A DNA stretch of 64,000 bases, taken from positions 51,956,001-52,020,000 of the forward strand of contig OX597818.1 in NCBI GenBank assembly GCA_951406725.2, given 5' to 3'. The notes beneath the pieces are model-generated. The model did no database searches, had not been told where the DNA came from, and worked only from the letters and a program-made list of their open reading frames with translations. Made by a program: the position numbers and the translations under genes. Position 1 is the first letter of the stretch. Each line of letters starts with the position of its first letter. The DNA comes from Octopus vulgaris. Lineage: Eukaryota. Below, piece by piece: positions 39,023-53,741 of the stretch.

Positions 39023-39902
39023 AAGAAAATAATTAAAAACAATAAAAAAAGATTTATGTTCCTTGAGCAAATAAAGCAATTTCGATGTAGGTCGACATAG
39101 TTCTTATTAACCAAGCCTAAGACGAGCAAATCAACAAGATACAACGAGAAAGTGAATCTGTAATAATCACGTGATGAATGCCCCGGGAAAAAGGCTTTGA
39201 AGAATTTGCTATAATCTATAGAAGAAAACAAAGGAATGACAAAAACAAAACAAAACAAAACAAATAAAATCAATAGTGCTCGTACTTAATAATTCATCAA
39301 TATGACGCTACCGAAATCCATATGTATCTGATCTATATTTTTTATTGATATTTCTTTCATCGATGTTTTTATATCATATATATATATATATATCAGACAT
39401 TTTTTTTTTTTTCGATTTGTTTTTCTTCAAAATCGAACTTCTGTTATTCTGTTAAATACCTTTTGAATTTTTATCGTTGTTTTGAATATTTTCAGGTTAA
39501 GAAATTTTGGGGTTTTTTTTTTTCATATTATTTAGTTTATCTTTATTTTTTAAATTAATTTACTATGTTAAGTGTTAAACATATATTTACGAAGTTTTTC
39601 CTTTATTCTGACAATTACTTACGTGTTTATTTAAACAATAGTGTTTGTTTATATAGGTAAACTATAACGCACTTAAGCATTTCTTCTTCTTCTTCTTCAT
39701 CCTTCTTCTTCCTTCTTCTTCTTCTTCTTCTTCTTCTTCTTCTTCTTCTTCTTCTTCTTCTTCTTCTTCTTCTTCTTCTTCTTCTTCTCCTTCTTCTTCT
39801 TCGTTTCTTCTTCTCTTCTTCTTCTTCGTCTCCCCCTCCTCCCCCTCCTCCTCCTTCTTCTTCTTCTCCTCCTCCTCCTCCTTTTTTCTTCTTCTTCTTC
39901 TT

Positions 39903-39933
<31 letters not shown>

Positions 39934-40137
39934 TTATTATTTTAAACAATGACTACCCGTCTGATAAGAGCACACCAGGCACATGCATCACAACCATATG
40001 TACGCGACATAGTGATCATCATCATCATCACCATCATCATCATCACCATCACCATCATCATCATCATCATCATCATCATTATCATCATCATCATCATAAT
40101 CGTCGTCGTCGTCGTCGTCATCAATATTTTTATTGCT

Positions 40138-40460
40138 AAGGCGGCGAGATAGCAGGATCGTTAGTATGCCGGACAAAATGCCTAGCGGCATTTCGTCCGT
40201 CTTTACGTTCTGAATTCAAATTCTGTGTATGTGTGTGTCTTTGTACCTGTGTTTGTCCTTCCACCATCGCTTGATAGCCGATGCTGGTGTGTTTATGTCC
40301 CCGTAACTTAGCAGTTAGCAAAAGTGAAACGATAGAATAAGTACTAGGCTCACAAAAAAAATAAGTCCTGGGGGGTCGATTTCTTCGACTAAAACCCTTT
40401 AAAGTGGTGCTCCAGCATGGCCGCAGCCAAATGACTGAAACGTGTAAAAAAATAAAAGAA
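40138..40460 (+). mobile_element. Chimeric SINE: family B head joined to family A 3' half
   Basis: B head to 40222, then TGTGT..TTGTCC..CAGCATGGCCGCAG tail. Confidence 0.7.
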
Positions 40461-40694
40461 TTAGGACAGACGGAAATTGTGTGGTCAATATCACCCATGG
40501 GACAACATATTTGACCCCTTGAAGGGATTCAGAAGATTAAGTGAACGTTGTTCGAAAACAATTATACGAAAAACATTTATTCGAATGGAAAATTGTATGA
40601 ATGTAATTTTTTCGAAAGGACAATTATACGAAATGTTAATTATTCTAAATTTTTTAATTTTATTTAAACAAAAATGATAATATTAAAAATCAAG

Positions 40695-41150
<456 letters not shown>

Positions 41151-41159
41151 TTTTGGCCA

Positions 41160-41295
41160 AGTTGTGGACCCTTAATTCCCAGTCTATTGCATTACATAGT
41201 CTTCACTCTAGACGAGATTGCTAGGACCTTTGGAACAGTGTAGCGACGTCCAATTCGGGGTTTAGTATAGCTCTCAACGCCGAAGTTTGGTCTAA
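41160..41295 (-). pseudogene. CR1-like ORF2 fragment
   Basis: PNFGVESYTKPRIGRRYTVPK..RVKTM*CNRLGIKGPQ overlaps the motif seen at 14410-14500. Confidence 0.55.
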
Positions 41296-41544
41296 GTTTG
41301 TAGGTACATAGCCTATATATGTATGTAAGTATGCATTTATGTATGTATGTATGTATGTATGTATGTATGTATGTATGTATGTATGCATTTATGTATGTAT
41401 GTATGTATGTATGTATGTATGTATGTATGCATTTATGTATGTATGTATGTATGTATGTATGTATGTATGTATGTATGTATGTATGTATGTATGTATGTAT
41501 GTATGTATGTATGTATGTTTGCATGTATGTTTGCATGTATGTAT

Positions 41545-41950
41545 GGATTCATACAGATTTGTATGTTTTGTTTTATGTATGTCTTCTCATGCATATAATT
41601 GCATATCTAGACATGCTAATATATACTTAAATGATAAACGTCTGGGAAAGTTTTATAAATTTTTACAGTTCCAGTGATGGCTTGAATCTCTAGTCTTCGA
41701 ATTAGCTTTCTCCTTTCTGGGTTTGAGAAACGTAAATTCTCAAGATTGGTATTTAGGCAAAGTGATACATATCCCATGTCCCAGATGGTTGCAGGTATAA
41801 ATCTGAGCTTGTAATCTGAATAGAGTAACTGCAGATTTCTCAATAGTTCAGCGTGGGTAATTTCTTTTGTTCTTCAGTTTTATGTTAGCATCCGCTGTGC
41901 AGCAAATTTGCACAACTGTGCACAGTTTCTCTTCTCTATCGTATATACCG
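41545..41950 (-). pseudogene. R4/Dong-like (RLE) non-LTR retrotransposon 3' end
   Basis: IYDREEKLCTVVQICC.AD.N..AELLRNLQLLY..FIP..GYV..L..LRF..LIRRLEIQAITGTVKIYKTF; 3' end abuts (CATA)n. Confidence 0.65.
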
Positions 41951-42074
41951 CTTTTCTTGTTATAAAACGTTATATTATAGCGATCATTACTTAAGAACAT
42001 TACAGTGTTTAATATAAATACATACATATGTATATGTATATATGCATGTATGAATATATATATATATATATGCC

Positions 42075-42395
42075 GAGACCCCCTTCGGTCATAACTGACC
42101 ATGGGATTGCACCTAGGAAGTTACCTTCCCAGGCACAAGTCCAGACAAGGTTGTTTATGGAAGACCAGCAGTCACCCATGCTTACTTGCCTCCACTCTCC
42201 AAGTAACCAGTGTTATCCAAGGGAAAGGCAAGGGCCAATACAGCTTGGCACCTGTGACGTCGCAACTCATTTCTACAGCTGAGTGAACTGGAGCAACGTG
42301 AAATAAAGTGTCTTGCTCAAGAACGCAGCACGCAGCCAGGTGTGGGATTCGAGTTCACAACCTCGCGATCGTAAGTTCGACGCTCTAACCACTGA

Positions 42396-42400
<5 letters not shown>
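42075..42400 (-). mobile_element. SINE family D (tRNA head)
   Basis: TGGCTCAGTGG A box, CTCGAATCCC B box, TTGAGCAAGACACTTTATTTCAC core; inverted head copy at 42435-42515. Confidence 0.8.
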
Positions 42401-42439
<39 letters not shown>

Positions 42440-42511
42440 TCAGTGGTTGGAGCGTCGAACTTACGATCGCGAGGTAGTGAGTTTGATTCCCAGACCTGCC
42501 TGCGTGTTGCG

Positions 42512-42558
<47 letters not shown>

Positions 42559-42608
42559 TATATATATGTGTATATATATATATATGTATATATGTATATA
42601 TATATATG

Positions 42609-42699
<91 letters not shown>

Positions 42700-42703
<4 letters not shown>

Positions 42704-42950
42704 AGGTTTGAACAGACAGGACTTAACAAAGAGGGAAAGTTAGACAAAGCAGAGCAAACGGGAAACTAGACGAAAACTTAATATAGACAAAGAACGCAAT
42801 ACAAGGAATATTTGCAGTTGAGTTTTCCTCCTCAGTCAATGAACCAAAATATCATAGTGGTTTCGCGCCATTATCACTGAGACCACTCAATCCTGGAGAC
42901 ACCAGTGCTGTTATTAAGCTACCGGGGAAAAGGTAGCGAATGTATACTGT
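42700..42950 (-). mobile_element. Diverged relative of the 6850-7195 family with permuted hammerhead-like motif
   Basis: Shared CTGAGGA, GAAA and CGAATGTATAC landmarks; inserted in (TA)n. Confidence 0.5.
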
Positions 42951-43249
42951 GACAGAAACAAACAAACACACACACACACACACATACACATGGCATAATG
43001 TTTTTTTTAAGTTTCCATTTATATTTTAGAGTGGCATTAGGTTTCTTTAAAATAGTTATTGATGAATAATAACATTTGGTTGGATGCGTGTTACTTTTAT
43101 CATGACCACACTAATATTGACATTAACTCTCATGCCTCTTTATTAACCTGGATCTTTTATCCGCTGCATATATACAACATTTGAATAATGGAACGGCATT
43201 CAAGGGGTATCGAATGGAATAAGTACAAGTTAAGTTTCTACTGCATAAT

Positions 43250-44200
43250 ATTCTAAATAATCTAGGAAGACAGTTCATAATTACTGAGAACAAATTAAAT
43301 AGAGAACGCCTTAGCACAAAGGTGACTGACAGAACCTCGAGTAACTCCTCAGGTCATTGTGTCTGGGAAATCAATTGCCAGCTTTTTATAATGACCAGCG
43401 GAGGTTCTAGAATGTTCGACCAAGTTATTTGGCTAGAAGACACCCGTTCACTCGATACGCACCGGATGATCTGATTAGGCAAGACATGTTCTCTTAGGTG
43501 TTAACGTATTTTACTGCAACGCAAATAATTTCTCGTAAGTGGCCTTGCTTTTTATGGCAGTATTGTAGGCCGTGGTCCTGAACTGGTTCAAAACTCACCA
43601 GGAGCTTAGTTACTATATCTTTCAATCAGAAGCGATCATTATTTTCTTTCGTACGTAGTTTGTATTCAATTGAATGTCATTTTATGTATTTCAAATATTT
43701 ATCGTTCCAACCCTTGAAGCATGACAGACACACTCAGCCTCAGCGCTGGCTTAATCTTGGAATGCTGCGAGCCGTATTGACCGCTGTCTTGCTATAATTC
43801 CTGTTAGTCAATAATTTTAATAAATTTCTGATTAAATTGCCATTTTTCTATGCTGAAATCATTTGTTCTGTGTCTGATGCAGTCATCAGCGTTTAGTCGA
43901 GTTTACTTTTACGATTTGGTTATCAACGACAATAGATTCTTATAACATATAGCAAAAGGTGTTGTACAGCCTTAGGGAAGTTCTGTTGAAGCAGAAATAT
44001 GTATACAGATTTAGGTTGTCATTGAAGATGTTATGAGTGCTGTATATTGTTTTTTGTAAGATATTATTGCTTGTTGTTGAAAAATTTGGGAACTGAGGCT
44101 GGGCTGTCCTCGTGTGTGACAGTTCTAATGCAGCTTTTCCTTATGAACATTTAGAGGAATTACACGAGATGTCTTTAAATAAATGCTTTTTAAGCCATTA
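43250..44200 (+). pseudogene. Highly decayed CR1/L2-type reverse transcriptase
   Basis: Residual motifs in order (G..QG-like region ..FLLVNN..FYAE, IWL, DLGV); many stops and frameshifts. Confidence 0.35.
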
Positions 44201-44339
44201 ATATTATACTGCATTTAGTTTAAATTGTGTTGTCTTTAGATGGTTTGCTTCTGTATGAAGTGGTAGAATTCCTAGGTTGATTTTCATATTATTCGCAACG
44301 CTGTCTGACTGGAGAGAAAGACACGTCATCTTCCCTTTC

Positions 44340-44760
<421 letters not shown>

Positions 44761-45596
44761 TATGAAGAAATTTATCGGTTTTCTATATTGTCTTCATCAG
44801 AACCCAATATGGCTACTGTTGCTTCAGCTGTTGTTGTTGTTCTTGTTCTTGTTCTTGTTAACCCCGAATTCGTCCCCAGTCTTGAAGGCACTATAAAAAA
44901 CATCCTAGCCATTGCAATCTCATCCTACCATCTTTTATTCAGTGTGTCCAGGATTACATTATCCAATGTGTCTTGGATATTCTAAAAGTCCAAATGTGAT
45001 TTGAAGGAGATTTGATTGTTATATTGTTATTTCTAACTAGCAGTACAAAGATCAAAAGGGTCCCCTGCCACTGCGTATTGGTTAAAACAGGATACGCTTT
45101 TGTTACTATATGTATATGTGTCTGTACAAATACAGAATGTGGTAAAAACCTTCTCAGACTCACCAAACTTAAAAGAATTTTTAGCACTTAATGCACGGTG
45201 TGCATCGATCAAAACTATAATGGTAATTAAAAACATCGATAAAACATTAGCCACATAAAGACCCCATTACAACCAGCCTATCTTCCCTAGCACCACAGCA
45301 ACGGCTGAGTAAAGTATGCGAAGTTTTGTAGTTGCACTATATAAATATGTGTATGTGTGTGGTTCTGTGTGTGTGTGTGTGTGTGTGCGCGCGCGCGCGT
45401 CTGTGTGTGTGTACGTGTGTGTGAGCTTGTAGGTGGATAACAGGGTACAGAAAATAGTACTTGAATAACAGAGGTAGAGTAAAATAGTGCTTTTTTTGAA
45501 GCTGAAAAACTTCACAAACTGTTGATCAGAGTTTCACATAACCTCTCATCAGACTAAAAGGGATAGCCAAACAGAGAGATAGAAAAGTACTTACCT

Positions 45597-46005
45597 AGGC
45601 GCAGAAGTGGCTGTGTGGTAAGTAGCTTGCTTACCAACCACATGGTTCCGCGTTCAGTCTCACTGCGTGGCACCTTTGGCAAATGTCTTCTACTATAGCC
45701 TCGGGCCGACCAGAGCCTTGTGAGTGTATTTGGTAGACGGAAACTGAAAGAAGCCCGTCGTATATATGTATATATATATATATGTATGTGTGTATATATG
45801 TTTGTGTGTCTGTGTTTGTCACCCCAACATCGCTTGACAACCGATGCTGGTGTGCTTACGTCCCCGTAACTTGGCGGTTCGGCAAAAGAGAGACCCATAG
45901 AATAAGTACTAGGCTTACAAAGAATAAGTCTTGGGGTCGATTTGCTCGACTAAAGGCGGTGCTCCAACATGGCCTCAGTCAAATGATTGAAACAAATAAA
46001 AGAGT
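45597..46005 (+). mobile_element. SINE family A
   Basis: Full-length match. Confidence 0.9.
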
Positions 46006-46465
46006 ATGAATATATGTGAATACGTATTTCCGTGATGAAATTTTAGTACATACGGATCCGGTTATAGATTATGAAATAACTAACTAATGTTACCATGATT
46101 CTTTAAATTTCAAATAAATATACTTACTGTCTAACGTATACATGCTTATATATCTGTGCATGGTGTGCACGTGCTTACGAGTATGTATGGGTGTGTGAAA
46201 CATGTAGCAATATTACATGCATCTACAGGAATCTATCTATCTATCTATCTATCTATATATATCTATCTATAAATGTGTGTATATAAATACATGCACACAC
46301 ATATATACATGCATACATCTTTGTAGGTGTATGTATGCAGTATGTATACATGTATACATATGCTTATATATATATATATACATATATATATACACATATA
46401 TAGGAAGAGAAAGAGCTAGGTAAGTAGATACATGCACACATACATGCATATATATATATACATAC

Positions 46466-46557
<92 letters not shown>

Positions 46558-46959
46558 GAATATATTTATATATATATATATTTACACTAACGCATACATA
46601 CAAACCAGTGTAGCATTACAGTGGAGAAGAAGAATAAAAATTCAAATTTAATCACTAAATTTAAAGCATTCGGGTGAAAAAAATTTTTTTTTTCTCTCTT
46701 TTACTAGTTGAAGTTCATAATGATGACTATGATGATGGTGATGGTGATGGCGATGATCATTGTTACTATGACGAAGAAAATGATAATGATGATGGGGATG
46801 ATCGTGGTCATGCTTATAATGAAAATGTTAATGACGATCCTGGTAGTGGTGGTGGGGTTGGTGGGTGTGGTCGTGTTGATCGCGATCATATTGTTGGGGC
46901 GGTGTATTTTTTCTTTTTTTTTTTGATAGTGGCATCAATAATAAAAAAAAAGCAAAGCA

Positions 46960-47016
46960 ATGATAACAACAACAACAACGACGACGACGACGATGATGAT
47001 GATGATGATGATGATG

Positions 47017-47100
<84 letters not shown>

Positions 47101-47135
47101 GTAATGATAATAATAGTAATAATAATAGCAACAAC
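46960..47135. repeat. Compound trinucleotide microsatellite
   Basis: (AAC)(GAC)(GAT)(AAT)n. Confidence 0.95.
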
Positions 47136-47695
47136 AAGGAGAATAACAACAAATACCCACTCTGAAAAGAAAAAAAAAAAAAACAAAAACAAAAAAAGAA
47201 CAGACGTTTCGCCTTTAAAGTTCTCTCATCATCAGACATCTTTTTTTTTTTTAAGTCTCCTGTTGTTATTGTTCTCTTCAGCCATTTTGAAAAAAAAAAA
47301 ACAGAAGGAAAGAAGAAAGAAAGAAAAAAAGAATCGCGTATAAAATAAAAGGAAAAAATATAGAAAAAACATTTACTTTTATCTTTTGTCTGTGTTTTCC
47401 AGAATTTTTTTATTTTAATGTTGATTTTAGTTCTCTTTACATCCAATATTTTGTCAGGAAAAGAAAGAGAAAGAAATTTTTTTTATACTTAAATTTTTTT
47501 TAATATGTATGTATTATGTATGTATGTGCGTGTATGTGTGTGTATGTAAGTATATATGCAGACACATATATGCATATTATACATATAAATTTATATATAT
47601 ATATATATATATACAAACATACAGAGAAATATATACGCATGTATATCTATATCTATCTACCAATATATATATATCTATTTATCTATCAATCAATA

Positions 47696-47754
<59 letters not shown>

Positions 47755-47771
47755 ATCTATCTATCTCTTTC

Positions 47772-47833
<62 letters not shown>

Positions 47834-47996
47834 CACAGGATACATATTTGTGTAGATAATATATATATATAAAAACATACATACATATATATACGTATAT
47901 TTATATATATATATATATATGATATATATGTGTAAATATTGGTATGTGCGTATATATATATATATATGATATATTATATATATATATAAATATATC

Positions 47997-48079
<83 letters not shown>

Positions 48080-48420
48080 TATCATATATATCATATATAT
48101 ATATGATATATATATTTATATGTATATAAATATATGTACACATATATATGTATGTATGTATGTTTAGGTACATGAATGTGTGTTGTGAATGCGTGTGGGT
48201 GTGAGCGATGTGTGTGTGTTTTGTTTTCATTTGGAACCACATATAATTCTTTACTTTACTTTTTCTTTTTTTTTTCTTTTTCCTTTTCAATCTCTAATGT
48301 TTGTTTTGTTCAAATTATTATTTTCCTTTCAGTGTATTTGTAAACAAACCAACAAACCAATAAATAAATAAATTATCATTACTACTACTACTAATAATAA
48401 TAATAGCAATAATAATAGTG

Positions 48421-48470
<50 letters not shown>

Positions 48471-48889
48471 CAATACAAAAAAATGCACAAAAGTTAAATC
48501 AAATACCAAATCTATTAACATCATAATAATACTAATAAAAATTACAAAGTCTTCTTGTTGTTGTTGTTGCTGTTGTTAGTATTAGTATTATTATCACCGT
48601 TATAATCATCATCGTTGTCATCATCATCATCATCATCATCATCATTGTCTTAATCATCATCATCATCATAATTCATCATCATCCCCATCAAAACCACCAC
48701 CATCATCATCATCATCATCATCGTCATCGTCATCATCATAATCATCATCACCATCATTTTGATTATTATTATTATTATTATTATTATTGTTACTACAAGT
48801 TAAGCTATCTCTTCTGTTCGCCGCCATTTTACCCCCACATTTTTTCCTCTTTTTTTCTTCATGTAAACTAAAGAAATGTTTTTTTTTTG

Positions 48890-48941
<52 letters not shown>

Positions 48942-48962
48942 CAAAAAAAAACATTTCTTTAG

Positions 48963-49012
<50 letters not shown>

Positions 49013-49206
49013 TTATTTGTTTGTTTACCACGGCTGTTTTGTTCCACTATTCCGCATGATAAACTTCTAGTCTTTTCACTCACTACCACCTATCCTAGCA
49101 TTTCCCATGAGTCCATTCGCGTTAAGCTCTTTCTTATCTCCCACAGTCATTCAGTCCGTCACAAACAAAATGTTTCTAGACTCGATCTATTGATTTATTC
49201 TTTGCT

Positions 49207-49284
<78 letters not shown>

Positions 49285-49382
49285 GTTTATCAGTCTGTTT
49301 GTCTGTTTGTCTGTCTCTTTGTCTGTCTGCCTGTCTGTCTGTCTATTAATCTATCGAATGATCTATGAATAAAAGATATATG

Positions 49383-49431
<49 letters not shown>

Positions 49432-49814
49432 CACATATATATATATGTTTGTATATATAACATATATATGTATATATATATATATATAATATATTTATAA
49501 ATAAATAAAAAAAGTATGTATGTATGTATGATTGTATGTATGTATAGATGTGTATATATATATATATGTGCGTGTGTGTGTCTATGTATGAATGTATGCA
49601 TGCATGTATGTCTGTATACATACTTATAAAATAGACATATAAATTGATAGATAGATATATGGATGGATATGAGTGTGTTTGCTTATATAGATATATATAT
49701 ATATACCATATGATATATATTTTATATATATATATACTATATACGGCATATATAATATATATATATTAAAGTATATGTTATATATATGCATATATATATA
49801 TGATATACATATAT

Positions 49815-49851
<37 letters not shown>

Positions 49852-50304
49852 GTATGTATATACATATATGTTTATATTTATATTATGTGTATATATGCAA
49901 ACATATATATATGTATATATATATCATATTATATGCATATATATTATATACATGTATATACATATACATTCATACATACATACATACATACATATATATA
50001 CATTTATATATATATATAATCACCTATCAATCTACCTGTTTTGTTACATTACCAGTTAATCTACGTACATACCAAACTGCTTCCTTCCAATATACCCATG
50101 TATGTATATAAATATGTATGTATGTATGTATGCATGGATAGATGGATTGATGGTTGTATATATGTATGTGTGTATATATGTATGTAAGTGCATATATAAC
50201 TAAATATATGCGCGCTAATATGTGTGTATTTGGGTGTATTTGTGTATATGTGTCTGTATATATTTTTCCGATCTGTCTGGCTACATACATTTTCTACTAA
50301 GCAG

Positions 50305-50337
50305 GCATTATTATCATCATTATTATTATTATTATCA

Positions 50338-50408
<71 letters not shown>

Positions 50409-50672
50409 TGTTATTTGTTATTATGTTTTTGTTCTCTTATTTTCGGTCTTATGCTTTGCATTTACTCCCTTTTCTCCTCCTCCTCCTCCTCCTCCTTCAT
50501 CTCATTGCTGTTATTCTATTATTTTATCATCATGATCATCATCATCATGATCATCATCATCATGATCATCATCATCGTCGTCATTATCATCATCATCATC
50601 ATCATCATCATCATCTGCATCATCATCATCATCATCACTTTTGAGAAAATAAAACTACCATTATCGCTATTA

Positions 50673-50741
<69 letters not shown>

Positions 50742-50845
50742 AATAATAATAATATTATCATCATCATCATTATTATTATTATTACTATTATCATTAGCAC
50801 CATCATCATCACCACCACCATCATCATCATCATCATCACCACCAC

Positions 50846-50917
<72 letters not shown>

Positions 50918-50970
50918 CAACATTGTTGCCGTTGTCGTCGTCGTCGTCGTCATCAACACCATCAGCATCA
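50305..50970. repeat. Extended (TTA)/(TCA)/(CCA) trinucleotide tract
   Basis: Direct reading. Confidence 0.95.
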
Positions 50971-51342
50971 AAATGTCCACGCAGGAGATAATTTCTTTCT
51001 TGTTATTTATTCCATTTTTATTTTTAACCAATTCCGTCTTTATTTATATTGAGTCTCTCTAAGTTTCTGTTTGCATCTTTGTAGCTGCTGCCTTTATCCA
51101 TTTTCTTTGTAGTTTCACCATTTTCCCATCCATTCCCCACCTTCATCTTATTGATTTTCAACCTTCCTTCCAGTTCACTTCTATCTGTTATTTATAAAAC
51201 CCCTCCCCGCACCCTCATCTTTTTTTTCTTCCTCTTTCCTTCCCTCACACCGTCCTTCACTCTTTTACACCCCGCTTCATTCTTCTTTACGTCTTATTTA
51301 AGTTTGACCAGAAGCGCCAACATCTTCTCCCACTATATCTAT

Positions 51343-51418
<76 letters not shown>

Positions 51419-51459
51419 ATATCTATCTATCCATCTATCCATCTATCTATCTATCTATA

Positions 51460-51521
<62 letters not shown>

Positions 51522-51539
51522 CTATGTCTCTCCGCGTGC

Positions 51540-51640
<101 letters not shown>

Positions 51641-51954
51641 CTATATAAGGACACACTTATTCACATTGGTAAAAATGCATATATACATACAAATATATAC
51701 ACACACTTACACACACACACACACACACATACACATACATATATTTATATACATACATGCACACATACACATATATGTATATGTATCATATGTTTTATAT
51801 ATATATATATATATATGTATTTGTGTATATAAATATATGCAGTAGAAGGTATATTAGAAAAAATAAGGTCCTCAGAAATCAGGATGATTGTAAATCTGTA
51901 AATGTACAACCATCCAGATTTCTGAGTAGCTTATTTTTTTCTAATAAATATATG

Positions 51955-52044
<90 letters not shown>

Positions 52045-52406
52045 GTGCGCGCGCGTATGTTCGTGTATATATATATATATATATATGTATGTTTATATAT
52101 ATATATATGTATATATGCATATGTATATGTATATGTAAATGTGTTTATATATATGTATATGTATATATATATATGTATGGATATGTATATATATATATGT
52201 GTGTGTATGTATATGGATGTGTATATATATGTATATATATGTACATATATGTATATGTATATATATATGTGTGTGTGTATATATATATTTATATATACAT
52301 ATATATAAATAAATATAGAGATGATATTATTAAAATACCATCACGAGTGGTAAGCTTATTATCAGCCGTACAGGCAAATTAATAAAATATATACATACAT
52401 TATTAG

Positions 52407-52679
52407 ATATGTACATATATACACAAGGGTACTATATGAGTATCTATATCGCTAAAAAATAGAAATCAAAAAATACTTCTGTACCATTGAATAGTCACAA
52501 AATCATTATATATATGATAGGAAAAAATATCAGTGAACAATAATAATCTTTTACCTCAACTGGGTCAGAAGAAGTAAATGGTGGCTTTGCGACTATTCGG
52601 TGGTACAGAAGTATCTTTTGACTTCTATCATTAGCGATATAGGTACTCATGTAGTACCCTTGTGTATATATGTACATGT
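52407..52679. repeat. Inverted repeat (arms about 52407-52508 and 52577-52679)
   Basis: About 100-bp complementary arms; further short hairpins at 52695-52771. Confidence 0.75.
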
Positions 52680-52784
52680 GTGTCAAATAGCTAGCTAGAG
52701 GCGGTGGCCTCTTGGAGCTAATCAGCGACAGCTTTAGTCTTATATTTATAAGACTGCCATATTAGTATGGCGATAACTATTAAT

Positions 52785-52947
<163 letters not shown>

Positions 52948-52962
52948 ATGTATGTATGTATG

Positions 52963-53034
<72 letters not shown>

Positions 53035-53037
<3 letters not shown>

Positions 53038-53382
53038 GGCTGTATCATGCGCGGGGACATAGAAATAATCGGACTGAATACTCGATCGCGCGGTTAAACC
53101 ATTGGGAGTGCAGGACTCTTAACCTTTGTGAGGGCATCCTTCTAGGAGAAGGTGACTCAGGTAACTGGGATAACTCCGACATAAAACCTGCGGCTCAGTG
53201 GTTACCGATGATGCTGACGAGTTCTTCTTTTCGGATTATGGCTGCTGTTGCTTAGTGAGTGGGATTGACTCAGTGCACAGCCTTTCCTCACTTTAAAAAA
53301 ATCTTCTTGCACAGGCATTGCACGGTAACAACATTGATTAAGCTTCGTGCAATCGCCATACTCGGTAACTAGGGGGCAGCCA

Positions 53383-53385
<3 letters not shown>
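53035..53385 (+). mobile_element. Possible RTE-type LINE 5' UTR fragment in (TA)n
   Basis: GGCATCCTTCTAGGAGAAGG motif resembles RTE 5' UTRs; similar decayed motif on minus strand near 9395-9435. Confidence 0.35.
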
Positions 53386-53458
<73 letters not shown>

Positions 53459-53741
53459 ATATATATTTATATATATATATTTATACACATACATATATAT
53501 GCATGAGTGTGCAAGGTTATCTGCATGCATATATGTATGTACGTATATATGTATATGTGTGTACATATGTACGTATGCATGTTTATATATCTCTGTGTAT
53601 TTCTGTGAGTTGGTGTGTCTATTGAAAAGACGACTGTGTTTGAGTATGATCTTGTTTATTAAGAACTTCTCATGTTTGGAACAATAACACTGAAACAGTT
53701 ATATACATATGCATGTATATATGTAGACATGCATACATATG

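Noticed and set aside
45507-45556. Minus-strand CTGATGA..GAAAC hammerhead-like motif
   Set aside because: Stem II and stem I do not pair; at best a decayed relic
46674-47165. 163-aa ORF with hydrophobic start and D/N-rich body
   Set aside because: Built from decayed GAT/AAT trinucleotide repeats; several frames on both strands are open
47195-47242. Minus-strand CTGATGA..GGCGAAACGTC motif
   Set aside because: No stem I complementarity and weak stem II; single copy
53200-53240. CTGACGAG as a hammerhead core or HDV-like ribozyme in the RTE-like 5' UTR
   Set aside because: No matching GAAA/stem III, and no nested double pseudoknot could be drawn
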